Positions 10,224 to 22,269 of a stretch of DNA of 30,875 nucleotides are shown piece by piece. Made by a program: the position numbers and the translations under genes. The notes beneath the pieces were generated by a model. The model ran no database searches. It saw only the letters and a list, made by a program, of their open reading frames with translations, and was not told where the DNA came from. The stretch covers positions 1 through 30,875 of the forward strand of contig NIVC01004936.1 in NCBI GenBank assembly GCA_002269645.1, given 5' to 3'. The stretch's first letter is position 1, and each line of letters opens with the position of its first letter. This stretch comes from Macrostomum lignano (Eukaryota).

Positions 10224-13200
10224 ATGGCCGCGGCTGTATCGGAACCGGGCACCATAGCCTTCAGCGTGAAATACTCCGGCAAAGAGATTCAAATCAACAG
10301 TTTGAGCTCAGATTCCAGCCTGGCTCAACTGCAAAGCCTGCTATACGAGGCCACTAGAGTGGCGCCTGATAACATGAAGCTGCTGGGATTGAAAGGCAAA
10401 AATCTGTCTGTCAGTTCGGCTAAGCTTAGTGAGCTTGGCGTTAAAAATGGCAGCAAACTGATGCTCATTGGTACGCCTGATGCTGAAATCAAACAGGTAA
10501 AAATAGGCGCTAAATTTCTGCGCCATTTTTTATTAGTAGCAGGGGGCTCATGTGTGCACTTTAAGCAACATTGTCGCACAACCGACGAGAGGCATTGCTG
10601 CCCATTCCGCCGACTCCCCTGAGCCGGCACACAAGCGCGCGGATACGTACGCAGTCATACGCGCAGGCACACACTCAAACAGGAGTGTACAGCGGCCATA
10701 AACTTTATTCATCGTTAGGCATGTACACTTCACTGTGCCTTGGGGGTTGGCCCTCAATCTGGAAGTTGCGCTCCTAATTGCACGAGCAGAGCCAAGCCGA
10801 GATTCCAATTTAGTCCCAAATTAATGTGACTACACTTAGACCATCTCCACCTGCCTACTGTAGGTAACAGAAGAGAAGCACGAATCAGTTGAATTCCTTG
10901 AAGATAATGAAGCCTACTGCGATGGCGAAGTGAAACTCGAGCACCGACCCGAATATCTGGACAAAATTGAGCGCCGAATTCGCGAATACAAAATCACCGA
11001 GCTGCAAGCTCCCAGGGCTGGCAAGAAGCTGCTAGTGCTGGACATTGATTACACATTCTTTGATCACAAGTCTGTTGGTAGTCATATTGACGAGCTGACT
11101 CGGCCGTATATTCATCACCTGTTGACGGTAAGGCAATTAGACTGATTTTTTTCATTCGCTTCTGTGAGACAGAATGATAATTGTAACGCGATTTAAATGT
11201 GGCAGCTAAAATTCTTTCCTTTCTCGGGGTTGGCAGCCCGCCTTAGGAGCATATGGGACCAATAATGAACAACAAGCGTTTAACTCTATGTAGACAAGTG
11301 AACGCAAGGCGGACGAAACTCAGACTGCGGGAGGGGCAGGCCCAATCTAGCTCAGCCAATGAGAGAGCAGTAAGGAGAAAGAGGTCAAAGTCAGACAGAT
11401 GAAACTCAAACTAGGGGGCAGGCCCAATCTAGCTCAGCCAATGAGAGAACAGTAAGGAGAAAGAGGTCAAAGTCAGACAGATGAAACTCAAACTAGGGGG
11501 CAGGCCCAATCTAGCTCAGCCAATGAGAGAGCAGTAAGGAGAAAGAGGTCAAAGTCAGACAGATGAAACTCAAACTAGGGGGCAGGCCCAATCTAGCTCA
11601 GCCAATGAGAGAGCAGTAAGGAGAAAGAGGTCAAAGTCAGACAGATGAAACTCAAACTAGGGGGCAGGCCCAATCTAGCTCAGCCAATGAGAGAGCAGTA
11701 GGGAGAGAGGTCCAAGTCAGACGGACGAAACTTAGCCTGGGGCAGGCCAAATCTAGCTCAGCCAATGAGAAAGCAGTAAGGAGAGAGGTCAAACTCAGAC
11801 AAGCGGGCAAGAGGTGGGGGCGACCGGGACGGCCAAAGTCGGGCCGGGAATGAGGACTCGGCCCGGGTCGGGCCTCGGGAATTCGGGACAAGATCTTTAG
11901 GACAGCTCAATAATTGGAAAAAATCATAATAAATCTTAATACTTTTAGCATATGCGGATTACTATTAAATATATAATAAATATATGAATTTTTAAATTTA
12001 ATATAATATATTAAATGTATAATAAATATATGATAAACATCAAATATATTATAATATATAAATACATTAAATATATAATAATATATAAATATAATAAATA
12101 TTATTATTATTTAATACATTAGTTAAGACTTCAGAATAGATAAGAGTTACATTAAAAAACTTAATACTCAAATATCAATATACTCAATAGTTCAAATTCA
12201 ATGTCCTGTGTGGCACAAGTACTGTGTGTGTGCCAGTGACAATGACACTAACAGGCAGTGAGGTAGGCAAGCAGGCACTGCGGCAGTGCGGCTGGCACTG
12301 GCAGTGGCAGTAAGCAAAAAGAAGAAAAGCTGAAGCATTAAGTGTAAGGCACTTGGCATTGGAAGCAGTAAGGAAGTAAGAACCAAATCAATTGATTGAT
12401 TCTTTTATTTGAATTTTTAGTTCCTTTACATAGCTTCAATGTAAAGAGCCATGTACACAGTCAATATTCAGTAAGACAACAAGACAAGACAACAGAACAG
12501 AACACAAGTGAAGTGACAACACAACACAACACTCAACTGTCTCAACAGAACAGGCAAACAGACAATGGAAATACAAGTAATTAGCTGATACCTGCCTACC
12601 TGCTCACCTACCCACCTAAACGAATATGATTACGAATACGATACAAATATGAACACGATTACAAACTCTGATACTGATAGATAGCAAACTTCTTGGAAAA
12701 ATGGTTGCCTTGGCCCTTAATAGGTACTTCTTGGAATGTAAATAGGAAATGTTATTTACAAAAGCTTAAAAATGACTAATCAACTTTTTAAAGAATCATA
12801 TTTTTGCTTTTAGGCTGCAGCCTGCAGCGTGTAAAGTGGAATCAATATTGCAAAAAAGTATTGCAAAACTGTTTTAATTTTATCTTCCTGGAAAAAAATC
12901 CGATCTTCCTGGAAAGTGGAAACTGCTGTGGCTGACACTCACGGTCACAGACAGTTGCAGTTGCATTTTCCTGGGGCTGGAATTAAAGGTAAATTAGTGT
13001 GAATATGTTGAAAAATAATTTTATTCTTATTCGCACGCGGTTAGTGCCTTTAGGGAAAAAAGACTTGTCCCGATTTCCCGACTTTTTTAGGGTCGGGCCA
13101 CGATTTTCGTCGGGATTCCCGACTTTTCGGGCCCGGGCCCGGGACTGGGTCGCCCCCTAGCAAGAGGAAAGCCAAACTGTTTATCCGCCTGGCTGGGGCT

Positions 13201-13937
13201 GGGGCGCCACCTCCTTTTCTCTCTTGCTTGAAAAACAAGATTTCATTTTTTTAAATCAATTATTTTGAGTCTGGGGCAATGTGGAGTCCGTAAAACGCGA
13301 TGAAGATGCTAATTTAATTATCTGCTTGTAGAAAACCCGAGGCTTATTTTTAGGAGATGAAGCTTTTTTGCGATTCGCGTCTAGCTATTCTAGTACCTGT
13401 CTATATGAATTCTTACTTCTTACTCATCTGCAGGTTGCTTATCCGCACTACGACATAGCAATCTGGTCGGCCACCAGTATGAAGTGGATCTATTCTAAGC
13501 TGGGCGAAATGCGCCTGTTCGCCAGCGAAATGTTTAAAATCAGTTTACTAGTTGACTCGTTGGCCTGCATCTCCGTGTACTGCGAAGAAGATGAAGCCAA
13601 TGTGAACGTGAAGCCGCTAGCGGTGATCTGGGGCCAGTACCCGCAGTACTCGGCCAGCAACACCATCATGATTGACGATATTCGACGGAATTTCGCGATG
13701 AATCCGCAGAGTGGACTCAGAATCCGACCGTTTCGTCAGGCGCACCAGCATCGCCAGCACGACAGGGAGCTGATTCGCATCGCCGAGTACCTCGAAGCCA
13801 TCGCCGATGTTGAAGACTTTCGCGAACTCGACCACCGACGTTGGGAAAAGTACGCAGCAAAGAGGGCGAAAAAGCGAGCAAAGTTGGAGCAGAAACAGGG
13901 AGACAGTGCCAATCCTGACAGTGCTGGGCCCGCTTAA
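10224..13937 (+). CDS. UBLCP1: Ubiquitin-like domain-containing CTD phosphatase 1; exons 10224-10496, 10864-11127, 13434-13937; 346 aa
   Basis: N-terminal UBL (VKYSGKE...MKLLGLK...KLMLIGT), HAD/FCP motif LLVLDIDYT, IAIWSATSMKWI, VKPL, NTIMIDDIRRNFAMNPQSGLRIRPF. Both introns are phase-0 GT-AG. Confidence 0.95.
10545..10790 (-). mobile_element. Headless copy of the SINE family seen at 30543-30875
   Basis: Its reverse complement matches ~30630-30860 (tgagggccaac...cagtgaagtgtacatgcctaacgat...gtatccgcgcg...gcctctcg...cttaaagtgc). Confidence 0.75.
11310..11800. repeat. Tandem repeat, 82-bp unit, ~6 copies
   Basis: ccaatctagctcagccaatgag recurs with 82-bp spacing from ~11341 (11423, 11505, 11587, 11669), with a diverged last copy at ~11747. 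Confidence 0.95.
11815..13159. mobile_element. Non-autonomous hAT-like DNA transposon (1345 bp) with imperfect TIRs and 8-bp TSD
   Basis: Termini tgggggcgacc / ggtcgcccccta, and subterminal inverted cgggacaagatcttt / aaagacttgtcccg. Identical flanking 8-mer gcaagagg at 11807-11814 and 13160-13167. No transposase ORF. Confidence 0.8.
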
Positions 13938-14701
13938 CTGCCTGTTTGTCAGTGGACTGCAAGTTAGAAAATAAAGCACTTTAACTTGCCCGGTGAAACA
14001 TTGCCGTGGCAAGAATCGCTAAAGAGTCATTGCAAACAACTGTTGGAAAGATTTTACGAGTACTTCATAGCATTACGTTAAAACATGATGAGTTTTTATA
14101 GTGAGTTACTAATTGCGTGTGAGAAAACTTCGTTATTCTTATAAGTTTGTTTGCATGCTTTTTTCCGGTTAGAATTTCTGTACGCATTGCAGCTCGTGTT
14201 TTTGATACGGTTTCTATATATATGAATTAAAATATACTTTAATAACTGCTTTGTTCTCAATCACTTCGTAATGTCTTTTTGGTTGTGTTTTTGTTTAAAG
14301 ATCCCAACCGTCAGGGAATGACGCAAGTTTAATTTAAGTTACTGGTATTATTGAGCCAATTTTGCTAAAATCAATCGCATACCTACCCACAATTACAATT
14401 ACAACTCATTTTTAGTATACTTGACTAGCAATCTAGTGCCCCCCCTTCGGGGCGGCTAATAAGCAAAGGAACGAAAATTATTTATGTAAACCCTATTTGC
14501 CTCGACATCTCAGCAACTCCCCCCCAAGCCTTGACCTCTTTGGACATCCTGTGTAGGCGTGTGTATGAGTCTGTGTACAGTATTAGCGCTCTTGTACGTT
14601 CTCAAGAGTCAGCGGAGCTCTGAAGTCAGTCTCCAAAGGCGCTCACAAGCAGCTTGCGAATCTAAACATATTTGTTTAATATTTATCCCACAGCGTGAGT
14701 C

Positions 14702-17700
14702 ATGAGCAACTTCCCTCCCGGCTACAGTCAGTCACGCCGCTCCCCGCCTCTGTCTAGCCGAGAGTTCCGGTCAGACTTGACCACCCTGTCCCGCCAGGCC
14801 AAGTCTCTGGCCAGCCTGATTCGATCGGCCAAATTTTTTGTAGCCTTCACCGGGGCCGGGATCAGCACCGCTTCGGGGCTGCCGGATTATCGCGGCGCAG
14901 GCGGCATTATGACTATGCGAGCTCGCGGCTGTCAGGAGCCGGTGTATCGGAACCCTCTGGGCCTGACGCCCAGCCTGACGCACATGTCGCTTGTAGGTCT
15001 CGAACGGGCGGGCCTGTTAAAGCGACTGATCAGCCAGAACACCGACGGGCTGCATCGAAGGAGCGGCTTTCCGCCTGAGAAATTAGCCGAATTGCATGGC
15101 AACACGGCTATCGAGTGGTGCGTGCGGCCCACTTTAAAAATTTGACTGTTTCCTGGAATCTGTATCTGACTGTTTCTTGGAATCCATATCTGGTTGTTTC
15201 CTGGTAAACTGATAAGATTGTTTATTGGAATTCGCATCGGATTGTTTCTTAGAAGACTGATCGAATTGTTTCTTGGAAAACTGACCGAATTTCTTGGAAT
15301 CGATATCTGACTGTTTCTTGAATTCGTTCTGACTGTTTCTTGGAAATCCGTATCTGACTGTTTCTTAGAATCAGCACTAGCGTTTTTTGCAGGCTCTTCA
15401 TTGTTCTTGAAATCACATGCCCTTACAATCAACTCTCAATTGACCTCAGTTGACCCTCTACAACTGGCAATCCTCTCTAATCTATCCTAACTTGTGTACA
15501 GAATAACACTAAACTGACCTCTTAATCAACCTTAAACTACATGTACCACCAGAATCTACCATAAACTACCACCAGAATCTACCATAAACTACCACCAGAA
15601 TCTACCATAAACTACCGCCAAAATCTACCATAAACTACCACCAGAATCTACCATAAACTACCGCCAAAATCTACCATAAACTACCACCAGAATCTACCAT
15701 AAACTACCACCAGAATCTACCATAAACTACCACCAGAATCTACATTACACTACCGCCATAATCTACCATAAACTACCACCAGAATCTACCATAAACTACC
15801 AGCAGAATCTACCATAAACTACCACCAGACTCTACATTAAACTACCAGCAGAATCTACCATAAACTACACCAGAATCTACATAAACTACCGCCAAATCTA
15901 CCATAAACTACCACCAGAATCTACATTAACTACCGCCATAATCTACCATAAACTACCACCAGAATCTACCATAAACTACCAGCAGAATCTACCATAAACT
16001 ACACCAGACTCTACATTAAACTACCAGCAGAATCTACTATAAACTACCAGCAGAATCTACCATAAAATACCGCCAGAATCTACCATAAACTACACCAGAA
16101 TCTACATAAACTACCGCCAAAATCTACCATAAACTACCACCATAATCTACCATAAACTACCGCCAAAATCTACCATAAACTACCACCATAATCTACCATA
16201 AACTACCGCCAAAATCTACCATAAACTACCACCAGAATCTACCATAAACTACCACCAGAATCTACTATAAACTACCACCAGAATCTACCATAAACTACCA
16301 CCAGACTCTACATTTAACTACCACCATAATCTACCATAAACTACACCAGAATCTACCATAAACTACCACCAGACTCTACATTAAACTACCAGCAGAATCT
16401 ACTATAAACTACCAGCAGAATCTACCATAAAATACCGCCAGAATCTACCATAAACTACACCAGAATCTACATAAACTACCGCCAAAATCTACCATAAACT
16501 ACCACCAGAATCTACCATAAACTACCGCCAAAATCTACCATAAACTACCACCAGAATTTACATTACACTTCCGCCATAATCTACCATAAACTACCACCAG
16601 AATCTACCATAAACTACCAGCAGAATCTACCATAAACTACCACCAGAATCTACCATAAACTACACCAGAATCTACTATAAACTACCGCCAGAATCTACCA
16701 TAAACTACCACCAGAATCTACCATAAACTACCACCAGAATCTACATAAACTAACACCAGAATCTACATAAACTACCAGCAGAATCTACCATAAACTACCA
16801 GCAGAATCTACCATAAACTACCAGCAGAATCTACCATAAACTACCAGCAGAATCTACCATAAACTACCAGCAGAATCTACCATAAACTACCAGCAGAATC
16901 TACCATAAACTACCAGCAGAATCTACTATAAACTACCACCAGAATCTACCATAAACTACCAGCAGAATCTACCATAAACTACCAGCAGAATCTACCATAA
17001 ACTACCAGCAGAATCTACCATAAACTACCACCAGAATCTACCATAAACTACCAGCAGAATCTACTATAAACTACCACCAGAATCTACCATAAACTACCAG
17101 CAGAATCTACCATAAACTACCACCAGAATCTACCATAAACTACCACCAGAATCTACCATAAACTACCAGCAGAATCTACCATAAACTACCAGCAGAATCT
17201 ACTATAAACTACCACCAGAATCTACCATAAACTACCAGCAGAATCTACCATAAACTACCAGCAGAATCTACCATAAACTACCAGCAGAATCTACCATAAA
17301 CTACCACCAGAATCTACCATAAACTACCAGCAGAATCTACCATAAACTACCACAGAATCTACATAAACTACCACCAGAATCTACATAAACTACCAGCAGA
17401 ATCTACCATAAACTACCAGCAGAATCTACCATAAACTACCAGCAGAATCTACCATAAACTACCACCAGAATCTACCATAAACTACCAGCAGAATCTACCA
17501 TAAACTACCACCAGAATCTACCATAAACTACCAGCCAGAATCTACTATAAACTACCACCAGAATCTACCATAAACTACCACCAGAATCTACCATAAACTA
17601 CCACCAGAATCTACCATAAACTACACCAGAATCTACCATAAACTACCACCAGAATCTACCATAAACTACCACCAGAATCTACATAAACTACCACCAGAAT

Positions 17701-19590
17701 CTACCATAAACTACCACCAGAATCTACCATAAACTACCACCAGAATCTACCATAAACTACCACCAGAATCTACCATAAACTACCACCAGAATCTACCATA
17801 AACTACCACCAGAATCTACTATAAACTACCACCAGAATCTACCATAAACTACCAGCAGAATCTACCATAAACTACCACCAGAATCTACCATAAACTACCA
17901 CCAGAATCTACCATAAACTACCACCAGAATCTACCATAAACTACCACCAGAATCTACCATAAACTACCACCAGAATCTACCATAAACTACCACCAGAATC
18001 TACCATAAACTACCACCAGAATCTACCATAAACTACCACCAGAATCTACCATAAACTACCCAGAATCTACCATAAACTACCACCAGAATCTACCATAAAC
18101 TACCACCAGAATCTACCATAAACTACCACCAGAATCTACCATAAACTACCACCAGAATCTACATAAACTACCACCAGAATCTACATAAACTACCACCAGA
18201 ATCTACATAAACTACCACCAGAATCTACATAAACTACCACCAGAATCTACATAAACTACCACCAGAATCTACCATAAACTACCACCAGAATCTACCATAA
18301 ACTACCACCAGAATCTACATAAACTACCACCAGAATCTACCATAAACTACCACCAGAATCTACATAAACTACCACCAGAATCTACCATAAACTACCACCA
18401 GAATCTACCATAAACTACCACCAGAATCTACCATAAACTACCACCAGAATCTACATAAACTACCACCAGAATCTACCATAAACTACCACCAGAATCTACC
18501 ATAAACTACACCAGAATCTACATAAACTACCACCAGAATCTACCATAAACTACCACCAATCTAATAAATAACCAGAATCTACCATAAACTACCACCAGAA
18601 TCTACATAAAATACCACCAGAATCTACATAAACTACCACCAGAATCTACATAAACTACCACCAGAATCTACATAAACTACCACCAGAATCTACATTAAAC
18701 TACACCAGAATCTACCATAAACTACCACCAGAATCTACCATAAACTACCACCAGAATCTACCTTAAAGTTCCCTCACTTTATCCTCCTTCCTTTCCTGAC
18801 CCGCCAACCTCCCAGGTGCACCGTCTGCGGCACGGAGTATTTTCGCGACTTCCGAGTCCGCCAAGGCCTCCCGGAGGGTCAGCGAACCACCGAGCGCGTC
18901 TGCCGGTCCTGCTGGGAGTTGGGCAGCAACTCAGCACCGAAACTGCATCACTCTCTGGTGCTGTTCGGCTATGCTCTCCGACCGGAAGTGCTCAGCCAAG
19001 CTCGCAGCTGTGCCAGCAGGCCGACCTGTGTCTTGTGCTCGCTCTTCGCTCACCGTGAACCCAGCAGCCCGACTGCCTCTGGAGTGCCTGCAGGACGGCA
19101 AAGGCCGGCTCATAATTTGCAATCTGCAGCCGACGCCAAGAGATTTGAAAGCGTCAATGCGGCTGTTTGCGGATGCGGACACTCTGATGTCCATGCTGAT
19201 GCGCGAGCTGCAGGTGCCCGTGCCCGATTGGTCTGTGCAGCGGCGAATTCGTTTGTTAAAATCGGCCAACTCGTCCAACGAAGCTTTGGTTCGTTTGGAA
19301 CCGTTAGACAGCCTTGGGAATCAGTTGAGTCATCTCAAGTCTGTTCGAGTCAGCTCAAATTCAATCATTGATCGAGAGCCGTTCGATGTGCCGTTGGGCG
19401 CGGATTTGGAATTGACCTTCTTTGGTCACTTTGCGAGCCGCCGATTCGTTTGAAGTTGCCGCCGCCTTCTGGCAGTAGTTTGGCCAGCGAGTTGCGGCTT
19501 CGCTTTGATGTTGACCGCCGACAGTGGCTGGTGACTGCGATTGCTGAGGATGGCTCTGACGTTGATTCGGGGTCGCTTGCTATCTCATGA
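14702..19590 (+). CDS. Class IV sirtuin (SIRT6/7-related NAD-dependent deacylase) with extra C-terminal domain; exons 14702-15117 and 18816-19590, three 1-nt frameshifts (~19020, 19041, 19433); ~397 aa
   Basis: FTGAGISTASGLPDYRG, SQNTDGLH, catalytic ELHGN and Zn sites CTVC/CRSC. Restored ADLCLVLGSSLTVNPA, then ICNLQPTP. The donor tg|gtgcgt and acceptor with polypyrimidine tract (cccag, 18815) are phase-compatible. Confidence 0.88.
15140..15370. repeat. Degenerate intronic tandem repeat (gactgtttcttggaatc-like)
   Basis: ctgtttc(c/t)tggaa motif recurs about 9 times at the 5' end of the sirtuin intron. Confidence 0.7.
15543..18762. repeat. Large intronic satellite, 23-bp unit ctaccaccagaatctaccataaa, ~140 copies
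   Basis: Near-perfect tandem array spanning ~3.2 kb, with variants accagcag and accgccaa clustered in blocks. Confidence 0.98.
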
Positions 19591-19954
19591 ACCGGTTTTG
19601 GATATTTCATTCAGGGTTGGCTACTGTCAGTAGCTGTGATAGCCTTTGCACTAGAGATAGATTTATCAGATTGTAAAGTGCAGATTCTTTAACTTGCTTA
19701 TTGACAGACCTAATAGATAGCATTATATGTGTTTCTTTTGTTATCACTTTTTGCATTATAAATATTCACTGCACGACTGAATTCAACTGAAACTGTCTGT
19801 GTTCAGGGTTACTTTTTCGCATTTTTGCTACAACGTGCTGCGTGGCATGGGAGGTTTTCCCATCTGGTCCTCAATTTTTTATCTAAAAAGGATTGTTGGC
19901 AAGTCTATATTTATGAGCTGACTCACTGACGCGAACTGCTCATTGTAGTTTGCT

Positions 19955-20122
19955 GCCCTCTGTAGCTGACGCCCCTCTGTACCTGGCGCCCCTCTGTACC
20001 CTGGCACCCCCCGTGTAGCTGGCGCCCCTTCTGTAGCTGGCGCCCCCCGTGTACATGTAGCTGGCGCCCCTCTGTAGCTGGCGCCCCCTCTGTAGCTGGC
20101 GCCCCTCTGTAGCTGGCGCCTT
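19955..20122. repeat. GC-rich minisatellite, ~18-bp unit ctgtagctggcgccccct (short array)
   Basis: About 8 copies. The same unit occurs at 26943-27440 in the duplicated segment. Confidence 0.9.
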
Positions 20123-20689
20123 CTGAATGTGAACATCAATGAATGTGACTGCTCGTGGACTGGAACCAGGAGTCGTGGCATGTTTACCATCTGGAGGAAA
20201 ACGTTTAAACAAAACTTGGACTAACAGTGAACTAGAGATAAAAATTATAAGCTGTCAAAAACATAAACTTCTAGTAACGGGGAAGGCAGGCCTGATTCTC
20301 AATTACCTTTCTACATGTAGATGTAGAAGTATTTAATTTAACAGACTTCAATCAAGATTATAATTATTTGAAGATGCAGAAATATATAAATAGTTTTTCA
20401 TGGTTGTCGACGTTATATATTCGTGTAATTTATTTCGTTAGGTTGTTTAAAACATTGCAAATTTGCTTCTAAGCTGAGCAAATTGCATTGTCATTTGACC
20501 AAAGCGTGCGGAATTTATGGTAAAAAACTCTTTTGAAAAAAATAACTAACCGCGCAGGAATAAATAAATCATTCCTGCAAGATCAAAAAATGAATTTTTA
20601 GAAACAACAGATAAACTTTGAAGATGAAAATAAAAAGCAAATAGTTAATCCACACTCAAATCTTTCTCGAAATCTATTTGAAAATGTAA

Positions 20690-21701
20690 GGATTCTAGAA
20701 TGATATATTCCTGCACGGTCACGAGTGCGGGAATGACATCTGCACGATGCGCGCTAGCGCACGAGTGCACGATGTCCTTCACGCACGAGTGAACGTGAAG
20801 GAATTCCATTGTCGGATGATTCATCGTGCAGGAATGCACAAAACCGTGCAGGAATGCATTTCTGCGCCTAATGCTTTTTCAGTGAAATTTACCATAGACA
20901 TCCATTCCTGCACGCAAAAGAGTGCAAGAATGCCATTCTTGCATTGGAAAATCAGCCGACAATGCTAACGAGTGCGTCATTAGCCATGAAGTTCAACCAT
21001 AGACAAAATCAATCCTGCACTTTATTTTTTGTTGTCTTTTCAATTTGTAAAAATAAATTTCAATCCTGCACCTACTACATGTATGATTCATTAGACCTAA
21101 AGGAGATTTTGCCATAGACAAAATCAATTCTGCACGCTTGATTCTGCTCTGCAGTGGGATTGAACTGAAAAACATTTGTTTCGCCATTTGCCTAAATCTT
21201 CATCCGCCAATTTGAAGCAGCTGCTAGTGGAATTGATGACTCTTTAACAACGAATGACTTCTTGACAGTTGAAATTGACGCTGATCCAAACGGGACGGTA
21301 CTCGTAGTCGCAACAGCCGCCTTTCAGATGCTTCGTCTAAGGTATAACTTGACTCCCGGCGAATTGTTCCAGTCAGAGCGTTGCGCTGCGCCATTCTGTT
21401 GATTAAAGTAAACGTTAATAACGTCTTAGTTGTATGTAAAACAAACTTCAACACAAATATGTAATGAAAACCGTAACCTAGAATCTTCGTTAGACATAAG
21501 TAGCTTCGATAGACATTCTTCACTACATCACACACTGTTGCGTAGCACAAATCAATTAATGGCGGATTCTGAGACAAGTGGATTACAGAAGCCATCGTTA
21601 AAGCTGAATTGAGCTTTTATAAACCTTTTCAAACCCCCACTCCGAAATTTTCGTCTTCGTTTCTCGTTTGACTTGCCGTGCAGGAATGACTTTGTCTAAG
21701 G
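20690..21701. mobile_element. Degenerate DNA-element region with repeated CCATAGACAAAATCAATCCTGCAC-like motifs and one inverted terminal copy
   Basis: Direct copies at 20892, 20997 and 21112, and an inverted copy gtgcaggaatgactttgtctaagg at 21678-21701. Segment 21495-21701 is homologous to 26050-26269. Confidence 0.5.
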
Positions 21702-22269
21702 CAAAAGCACTTGTGCGAAGAGGGGATTCCTGCCGCCATCTAAGGGCTACCGGCAGAGCGATCATCCACCTCCTGGACTCTCCGGAAGCGGACCAGGCTA
21801 GTGGACACCGGCACCACCGGATCTCCCTGCGCTACACCGCAGCACTAGTTGCCTGTGGTCGCCAGGGAATAGGCGTCTGTATTGACCCCTGTATCCGGAT
21901 GCCCGGAGCTCTCTGCAGCAAAGTCAGGTAAGTCAAGTTCATGTAGATTTTGGGCCTGTCATATTGTAGCCGCGATGTCAGTGGAAGCATGCAGATACTT
22001 CTCGAGCAAATTCCGCGATTTCCTCAGGGAAAACAACTGAAGTATTGTCTGAGAGCAACACGAGAGATGCAGTGAACTCAAGTGTGGGTTTGTAAGGCAG
22101 CTTCCGTAACCATGCCAAGATGACGAAGAGCCAATACAATATCAGCTACATTCCCCCCACATGGAAGAAGCCAGTGCCGATATAAATAGGATGGAGCTCA
22201 GGCCCCGGACTCTCAGTCCATCGTGTCAATATTCTGTCTCAACCCTTGTTACGAGTACAAGCTGTAGAA

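Noticed and set aside
11310-11760. Hammerhead ribozyme in the 82-bp repeat (GTCC...GGACGAAAC)
   Set aside because: A stem II + GAAA-like half is visible in the last copy, but the CUGANGA core and the stem III/UH cleavage site are absent on both strands.
11341-11800. CRISPR-like array
   Set aside because: Units are identical along their whole length with no unique spacers, the context is a eukaryotic intron, and there are no cas genes.
11930-12200. AT-rich block as replication origin or regulatory site
   Set aside because: It is low-complexity sequence inside a non-autonomous transposon, with no specific motif.
18816-19453. Programmed ribosomal frameshifting in the sirtuin
   Set aside because: There are no slippery heptamers or downstream structures. 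Three separate shifts plus similar ones in other genes fit sequencing error, and the duplicate copy retains one of the missing bases.
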